Source: Acidobacteriota bacterium (GTDB lineage Bacteria; Acidobacteriota; UBA6911; RPQK01; JAJDTT01). From it: a DNA stretch of 64,000 nucleotides. The notes below the pieces were generated by a model, which made no database searches, was not told the DNA's origin, and saw nothing but the letters and a program-made list of their open reading frames with translations. Shown here in pieces: positions 58,101 through 64,000 of the stretch. Location: the NCBI GenBank assembly GCA_965263035.1, contig OZ253580.1, positions 5,408,001-5,472,000 on the forward strand. Direction: 5' to 3'. Every line of letters starts with the position of its first letter. The first letter of the stretch is position 1. The translations under genes were made by a program, and so were the position numbers.

Positions 58101-58110
58101 TAAGAAACAA

Positions 58111-58180
58111 GGAGGGGCGACTTCCAGTCGCCCATTCCTCCATGCTCCACTGGAGTTCGGCGGTTGGAAACCGGCGCTCC
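58111..58180. repeat. Inverted pair of GGAG-headed REP-like hairpins (REPIN-like)
   Basis: GGAGGGGCGACTTCCAGTCGCCC (58111-58133) and, on the reverse strand, GGAGCGCCGGTTTCCAACCGCCG (58158-58180). Confidence 0.6.
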
Positions 58181-58329
58181 TACCCTTTTTCTACCGGGCG
58201 TCCGCCGGACCGGGCCGGTGGGGGAGCTTTTCTCGTTCCTAATCCTCTGTTTCCGAGAAGGGGCGGTAAGACCTCACCACTCCTCACGGTTCCTTTTTGG
58301 AATTTGGAAAATGGGATTTCTCGGAAGGG

Positions 58330-58417
58330 TGGTGCCGGAGGGGAGACTCGAACTCCCACGGGCGTTTAGCCCACTGCGTCCTGAACGCAGCGCGTCTGCC
58401 AATTCCACCACTCCGGC
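58330..58417 (-). tRNA. tRNA-Leu(CAG)
   Basis: GCCGGAG acceptor stem, anticodon arm CTGCG-TTCAGGA-CGCAG, long variable arm, TTCGAGT T-loop, encoded CCA. Confidence 0.97.
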
Positions 58418-58587
58418 GACCTGTTGATGAGTTTACACCACATCGGGCCGCGGGTGCAGCAACGAAGAATCGACAAATTGATGCGACATGAACTGTCAAA
58501 ATACGATACTCCGATGGGGCTCGGAGAATTGTTTTATCAGAGGCGGTAGGTTAGACTTTGCGGCGTCGAATTGAAGGGAAATCCCGA

Positions 58588-59562
58588 ATGTCCCAGCTCC
58601 ATCGGCGAGCTTTTCTCAAATTCATTCCAGCAGGAGCCGCGACGCTGATGCCCACGGTTTCGGCATTGGGCTCCGGACACAAACCGAAACTGGGAATCGG
58701 CCTGGGCTGGAGTCTCTACAACAACCGTACCCTCCGCACGCCGGACGCGATGCGCATGGCCAGTGAGGTGGGTTACGACGATGTGGAACCGGCCATCTAT
58801 CCCGGTTGGCAGGACGATCCCAAGATCCTCACCCGGTCGGCGCGGCGGGAATTGGCCAATCTATTCGGCGAGTTGGGATTGGGGCTGAGCGGGTTGGACG
58901 AGGACCTGAGATTGCTCGTAGGTCCGGAGGCCCACCGCGAGAACCTGGAGCGGATCAAGCGAGCTGCGCGGCTCTGGCGTGACATCTATCCCTTCAACGT
59001 CAGAACTCCAGGCCGGCGGCACCGTCGGCCCGTACTGGTCTTGACGCTGGGGGGGAAGACCTCCGAGTGGGATCAGGTGAAGGAAGCCATGGCCGAACGG
59101 CTCCGGGATTGGGCCGAGGTGGGCCGATCCCATGAGATCCTTTTGGCCATCAAACCGCATGTGGGGAGCGCCCTGCACAGTCCCGATGGAGCTCTCTGGT
59201 TGATGCAGCAGGCCGCCAGCCAGTGGGTTCGTGTCACCTATGACTACAGTCATTTCAGAGCCCTGAATTTCGACATGGTGGAATCGATTCGCCTTCTCGG
59301 TTCTCATGCGGTCTTCGCACACGCCAAGGACGCGACGAACACCGAGGATGGCAGGACTCAGTTCCTGATGCCGGGTGATGGTGATACGGATTACGTGACC
59401 TACCTCAAAGAACTTCAGGCCCAGGGTTATCGGGGGTCTATCGTGCTTGAGGTCAGTGGCCAGATTCATAGGAAACCGGGTTACGATCCGGTGGCCGCGG
59501 CCAAACATTGCTACCGGAAAATGTCCCGGGCTTTTGAAGAGGCGGGTGTCCGCAGGGGCTGA
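58588..59562 (+). CDS. Tat-signal sugar-phosphate isomerase/epimerase (AP endonuclease 2 TIM barrel)
   Basis: HRRAFLK, AIKPH, YDYSHF, HAKD, GDGDTDY, VLEVS. Confidence 0.85.
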   Translation: MSQLHRRAFLKFIPAGAATLMPTVSALGSGHKPKLGIGLGWSLYNNRTLRTPDAMRMASEVGYDDVEPAIYPGWQDDPKILTRSARRELANLFGELGLGLSGLDEDLRLLVGPEAHRENLERIKRAARLWRDIYPFNVRTPGRRHRRPVLVLTLGGKTSEWDQVKEAMAERLRDWAEVGRSHEILLAIKPHVGSALHSPDGALWLMQQAASQWVRVTYDYSHFRALNFDMVESIRLLGSHAVFAHAKDATNTEDGRTQFLMPGDGDTDYVTYLKELQAQGYRGSIVLEVSGQIHRKPGYDPVAAAKHCYRKMSRAFEEAGVRRG

Positions 59563-59633
59563 TTTCTGTGAAATATCGGCCCAACGTGAAGAATACCGGC
59601 TCGGACGTTCCCATGACTTAAGGAGAACAGGAA

Positions 59634-60953
59634 ATGACCAAGGAATTGAATCGTCGCAGCTTCATGGGGGCCACCGCCGGCGCGGGCGCAGTCATGACCG
59701 GACTTTCGGGATCCCTTCTGGCCAAGCGTCGCAGCCTCAACGACACCCTCCAGGTGGCGGTGCTGGGTCCGGGTGGCCGGGGCATGTTCCTGATGAGAAA
59801 GTGCCTGGAACACGCGGATGCCCACAACGCACGGGTCACTGCGGTATGCGAAATCTGGAAGCGGAACCAGGAAATCGCCACCAATCACCTCCGGGAGCAC
59901 TACGGCAGCGAGCCCAAGCTCTACCACCACATCGATGACCTTCTGGCCGATGACGGGATCGACGCCGTCATCATCGCCACGGCCGACCACCAGCACGGCA
60001 AGATGTTGAAGATGGTGGTCGAAGCGGGCAAGGATGCCTATTGCGAGAAGCCCATGGCCAACGTTCTTTCCGAGGCCAACGACGCCATGGATGCCGCCAA
60101 GAAGGCCGGCACCGTGGTTCAGGTCGGCACCCAGGGCAGAAGCCATCCCAAGTGCATCGCCGCCGCCCGGATCATCAGGGAAGGGCACATCGGCGATCTC
60201 GCCCGAGTCACTTTGGTCGAGAACGAATACAGTCCCTACCGGTGGCGCCGCTCGCCGGAGCAACTGGCCGAGTGCCGGGAAGAGGATCTGAACTGGAAGG
60301 AGTTTCTGCTGGGCAAGCCGTACCGGCCCTTCGATCCCAGAATCTACCGTTCTTTCCGGCTGTTCAAGGACTTCTCAAGCGGAATCTACGACCAGTGGAT
60401 GAGCCACGACATCGACACTCTGCACTATCTCACCGGGGAACCTTATCCCATGAGCGCTCGCGCCGAAGGCGGAATCTACCGTTACAAGGACTACCGCGAG
60501 AATCCGGACACCACGGAGGCCGTTTTCGAGTACGGAACGGGTGACAAGAAATTCCTGGCCAGCTACGGCTGCTGCCTGATCAACGGCGCCGGGACCGGCT
60601 ATACCTTCCAGGGAACGAAGGGAACGCTCTCGTTCGAGAAGTCACCGCTCTTCAACGAAGTGCCCTGGCGGGTTTCCGGAGACGGCATTCGCGGCGATGA
60701 AGCTCTGAATCCAGGGGCGAAGCAGATGGAGGGCGAGTACATCGCCGGCGAGCGGGGAGCCATGCCGAACCATCGTTTCCCTCACATGGCCAATTGGCTC
60801 GACTGCGTCCGGCGACGCGATGTCGACGGGGTTGCCTGTCCGGTCGAAGCAGGCTACGGACATTCCATCGCCTGCATCATGGCCACGGACTCGCTCTGGA
60901 GCGGTCGCAAGATGGTTTTCGACCCTGAGAAACGGACCATCACACCTGCGTAA
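59634..60953 (+). CDS. Tat-signal Gfo/Idh/MocA oxidoreductase
   Basis: NRRSFM, GPGGRG, DAVIIATADHQH, YCEKPM, QVGTQGRS. Confidence 0.9.
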   Translation: MTKELNRRSFMGATAGAGAVMTGLSGSLLAKRRSLNDTLQVAVLGPGGRGMFLMRKCLEHADAHNARVTAVCEIWKRNQEIATNHLREHYGSEPKLYHHIDDLLADDGIDAVIIATADHQHGKMLKMVVEAGKDAYCEKPMANVLSEANDAMDAAKKAGTVVQVGTQGRSHPKCIAAARIIREGHIGDLARVTLVENEYSPYRWRRSPEQLAECREEDLNWKEFLLGKPYRPFDPRIYRSFRLFKDFSSGIYDQWMSHDIDTLHYLTGEPYPMSARAEGGIYRYKDYRENPDTTEAVFEYGTGDKKFLASYGCCLINGAGTGYTFQGTKGTLSFEKSPLFNEVPWRVSGDGIRGDEALNPGAKQMEGEYIAGERGAMPNHRFPHMANWLDCVRRRDVDGVACPVEAGYGHSIACIMATDSLWSGRKMVFDPEKRTITPA

Positions 60954-60988
60954 ATGGGTGTTCTGACGAGAGCGGAGGAGGACCGACC

Positions 60989-62275
60989 ATGGCACAAACC
61001 GAAATGACCACTGCCGCCAGCGCGGGAATCTCGGGTGCGGATACCGCGTGGCTGCTGGTTTCTTGTGCCCTGGTCCTCCTCATGACCCCGGGGCTGGCCT
61101 TCTTTTACGGCGGTCTGGTCCGGTCGAAGAACATCCTCAACACCATGATGATGAGCTTCGCTTCGCTGGGAGTGACCGTTCTGGTCTGGGTCCTGGCCGG
61201 TTACAGTCTGGCCTTCGCCCCTGGAAGCGAGTCCATGCAGCCCTGGTTGGGGGGGCTGGGACATCTCTTCTTCCAAGGCGTGAATCTGGAAGCCAACGGC
61301 AGCATTCCCCACCTCCTTTTCGCGGCCTACCAGGGAGCCTTCGCCATCATTACCGCAGCGTTGATCTCCGGAGCCGTGGTGGAACGGATCCGCTTTGCAC
61401 CCTACCTTGCCTTTATCTGCGGTTGGGTGCTGCTGGTCTATGCGCCGGTCTGCCACTGGGTCTGGGGTGGCGGATGGCTGGGTGAACTCGGCGCTCTGGA
61501 CTTCGCGGGCGGCACAGTGGTCCACGTCACTGCGGGAACGGCAGCAGTCGTAGCCGCCTGGAAGGTGGGACCCCGGAGCGACTACGGCCGCCAGGCGATC
61601 ATCCCCCACAATGTGCCGTTCGTTCTGTTGGGCGCCGGACTGCTCTGGTTCGGCTGGTTCGGATTCAACGGCGGCAGCGCCCTGGCGGCCGACGGTTCCG
61701 CCACCCTGGCCTTCGTCAATACCTTGCTGGCCCCTGCGACCGCGTTGACCGTTTGGATGATTCTGGATGCCGTCCGAGACCGGATGGCGACGGCTGTGGG
61801 AGCCGCTACCGGCATCGTCGTCGGACTCGTCGCCGTGACGCCGGCAGCGGGTTTCGTGAGTCCCATGGGAGCCATGGCCATCGGCGCCATCGCCACGTTT
61901 CCCTGCTACTATGCGATCCTCTATCGATCCCGGTCCGGGTTGGATGATTCGCTGGACGTGGCGGCGGCCCACGGAATGGGTGGATTGAGCGGTGCAGTGC
62001 TGACGGGCGTCTTCGCTCACGCGGCCTGGGGTGGAGCCGATGGTCTGCTGTACGGAAACCCGATGCAGGTCGTCATCCAGGCTGTGGGCGTGCTCGCCAC
62101 GATCGCCTATTGCGGCATCGTCACCTGGGTGCTGCTGAAGGTCATCTCACTGTTTGGGACCCTGAGGCCGCTTCGAAATGAAGAAAGGACCGGACTGGAC
62201 ATTCTGGAGCATGGTGAAGACGCGTATGGCCGGGGCGAAGGCGCGACCATGATTCCCCCTGGTTCGACAGTCTGA
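60989..62275 (+). CDS. amtB: Ammonium transporter
   Basis: LMTPGLAFFYGG, DFAGGTVVH, WFGWFGFNGGS, DDSLDV..HG, HGEDAY. Confidence 0.96.
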   Translation: MAQTEMTTAASAGISGADTAWLLVSCALVLLMTPGLAFFYGGLVRSKNILNTMMMSFASLGVTVLVWVLAGYSLAFAPGSESMQPWLGGLGHLFFQGVNLEANGSIPHLLFAAYQGAFAIITAALISGAVVERIRFAPYLAFICGWVLLVYAPVCHWVWGGGWLGELGALDFAGGTVVHVTAGTAAVVAAWKVGPRSDYGRQAIIPHNVPFVLLGAGLLWFGWFGFNGGSALAADGSATLAFVNTLLAPATALTVWMILDAVRDRMATAVGAATGIVVGLVAVTPAAGFVSPMGAMAIGAIATFPCYYAILYRSRSGLDDSLDVAAAHGMGGLSGAVLTGVFAHAAWGGADGLLYGNPMQVVIQAVGVLATIAYCGIVTWVLLKVISLFGTLRPLRNEERTGLDILEHGEDAYGRGEGATMIPPGSTV

Positions 62276-62428
62276 ACGCCTCACGACTCCATTCGCTCCC
62301 GTCCGGAAGGTTGAATTCAGTGGAGCGGGCCGCGAGTTTCAGCTGGCAGGCCGTCCGCGTCGCCGTCCAAACTGTTGGGAGCGAGATTCATCGATTTCCG
62401 GCAGTCCCCCTTGCCGTAGAATCAATCG

Positions 62429-63421
62429 ATGATTGGACCCTACACCCACCGGATCGATCCGATCCTCTTCGACGTCGCCGGAGTGCACCTCTGGTGGTAC
62501 GGGCTCGGCTTCGCTCTCGGGTTCTTGCATCTCCACTTCTCGATCCGCGGGGCGGGGCGACGTCTGGAGATGTCCGACCGGGAGGTTTGGAGCCTGAGCC
62601 TGTTCATCGTCATCGGGGTTCTGGCCGGGGGCCGCGTCATCGAGATCGCTTTCGATGAATGGCCTTTCTACAGCCGGCACCCAGGGCTGATCCCGGCCTT
62701 CTGGCTCGGGGGCATGGCCACCCATGGGGTCATGTTGGGTGCCGGACTCAGCCTGGTTCTCTTTGCCGGCCTGTACCGAAAGCCTTTCCTGCCGCTAGCC
62801 GACACGCTGGTCATTCCGGCGGCGTTTCTCATGGGGACCGCACGGATCGGGAATTTCATCGACGGCCAGATCCTCGGCACCGTTACCGATGCCTGGTGGG
62901 GGGTGAAGTTCCCCGACGCGGACGGATTTCGCCATCCGGTCGTGCTCTATGACGGAGCCAAGAATCTGCTGTTGATGGGGTACCTGTTCTGGGTCAGGCG
63001 GTCCAACAAGACACCCGGCGCCGTGGCGGCCCGCTTCGTCTTCTGGTACGCGCTACCTCGGTTCGTCATCGACATTTTCCGGGACTATCCGACCCACCGT
63101 CTTCCCATCGGGACGGGGCAGACCTTGAACATTCTGATGACCGTGCTCGGAGCGGTCCTGCTGTATCGATCTCGTCTGCGGCGGCAGGGACGTCTCCGGA
63201 GTGATCCGGCACCTGCTCCCCGGGCGGTGAGCGCCAAGTCTCCCTTGGCCTCCCAGCGGGTCGTCTTCGCCTGTCTGTTGCTGTTCTGCCTGACCATCCC
63301 CAGTAACTGGACTCAGGATGTGCCTGCCCGTTACGGCCAACGTCACCCGGGGCTGACCCACTCCCGGATGTATCCCGGAATCGATACCGATCCACCGCCG
63401 GAAACGGTGCGGCCGCAGTGA
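62429..63421 (+). CDS. lgt: Prolipoprotein diacylglyceryl transferase family protein (divergent, C-terminally extended)
   Basis: IDP, WYGL, GGR, GGMATHG, RIGNFIDG, RHPVVLYD. Confidence 0.8.
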   Translation: MIGPYTHRIDPILFDVAGVHLWWYGLGFALGFLHLHFSIRGAGRRLEMSDREVWSLSLFIVIGVLAGGRVIEIAFDEWPFYSRHPGLIPAFWLGGMATHGVMLGAGLSLVLFAGLYRKPFLPLADTLVIPAAFLMGTARIGNFIDGQILGTVTDAWWGVKFPDADGFRHPVVLYDGAKNLLLMGYLFWVRRSNKTPGAVAARFVFWYALPRFVIDIFRDYPTHRLPIGTGQTLNILMTVLGAVLLYRSRLRRQGRLRSDPAPAPRAVSAKSPLASQRVVFACLLLFCLTIPSNWTQDVPARYGQRHPGLTHSRMYPGIDTDPPPETVRPQ

Positions 63422-63586
63422 CCGCGAGTGACCCGTTCAACCTGGGAAAGCCGTCCGGATCACTGCACTCCCCAGTCTGGATCATTCCAAGAGAACCTTG
63501 TAAGTTTGAATCCCGGCGCGTCAATGGCGGCGCCGTACGATTCGGGTGGAAGCGAGCCGGTCTCGAGTCGGCGGATGGATCATCCT

Positions 63587-64000
63587 ATGAAGCTGCTGCT
63601 CACAACCGCCAGGAATCGGCTGACCCAACATCTGGCTCAAGCTCTGGCCACGCGGCACCGAGTCGTTCTCACCGACACTCTACCTGTCCGGAGCCGACAT
63701 CAGTTCGTTTCGTGCGACTTGAATCACGATGCCGAGACACGGCTGTTGGTCGAGGGAATGGACGCCATCATCTGGCCGGGCTGGACGGATCCTGCCGAGG
63801 ACGCCTCCTCGCGGCTGGACCGACAGACGCGCTGCCTGTACAACCTGCTCTGGGCGGCTTGGGAGGCCGGCGTTCCCCGTGTGGTCCAATTGAGCTCCCT
63901 CGCCGTCATGGATCAGCATCCCGCCGATCTGCGGGTCACCGAGAGATGGTTGCCCTGGCCGGCCGCGGAACCGCCGACCCTCACCTATCGCCTGGGAGAG
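63587..64000 (+). CDS. NAD-dependent epimerase/dehydratase-like protein, partial (runs off the window)
   Basis: Open frame MKLLLT..CDL..GMDAII..YNLLWAA..RVVQLSS; the Gly-rich motif is degenerate. Confidence 0.7.
   Translation, partial: MKLLLTTARNRLTQHLAQALATRHRVVLTDTLPVRSRHQFVSCDLNHDAETRLLVEGMDAIIWPGWTDPAEDASSRLDRQTRCLYNLLWAAWEAGVPRVVQLSSLAVMDQHPADLRVTERWLPWPAAEPPTLTYRLGE

Noticed and set aside
58330-58417. tRNA-Leu as integration site of the defence island
   Set aside because: It is 40 kb from the island, with no adjacent integrase and no duplicated tRNA 3' end noticed.
60954-60988. Sigma-54 promoter for amtB
   Set aside because: No TGGCAC-N5-TTGC element in the short spacer.

Overview
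High-GC bacterial chromosome segment. Gene order (lptC/A-lptB-rpoN-hprK-PTS; lysS-lolCE-lolD-clpC-bamA-skp-lpxD-fabZ-lpxA) and the ClpC N-terminus suggest Acidobacteriota (inference). Positions 1-17.5 kb are a defence island. It holds a DISARM-related module, resembling the recently proposed ARMADA-type loci, of a large N6-adenine DNA methyltransferase, a 2173-aa YprA/DUF1998 helicase-nuclease and a UvrD helicase with a RelE-like N-terminus, linked by ATGA overlaps. The methyltransferase is cleanly interrupted by an unusual 1783-bp IS3 (CTG target duplication, in-frame OrfAB fusion, about 570-bp hairpin-rich tail). Nested IS3/IS5/IS630 remnants and a convergent McrBC, whose McrB has an unfamiliar N-terminal domain, follow. 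Positions 17.85-64 kb are core genes: Moco biosynthesis (moaD ends GG-TV and is one TG repeat from a MoaD-MoaE fusion), nfeD/SPFH, lnt, frameshifted prfB, recJ, Lpt, rpoN/PTS, ribH-nusB, lysS, Lol, clpC, bamA, lipid A genes, miaA, gatB, tRNA-Leu(CAG), Tat-signal sugar enzymes, amtB and lgt. The intergenic spacers carry at least seven ~165-bp MITE-like elements in two families and three copies of a purine-heptamer/GTTTACGCG module with REP-like hairpins. All calls come from manual motif reading, with no database searches.
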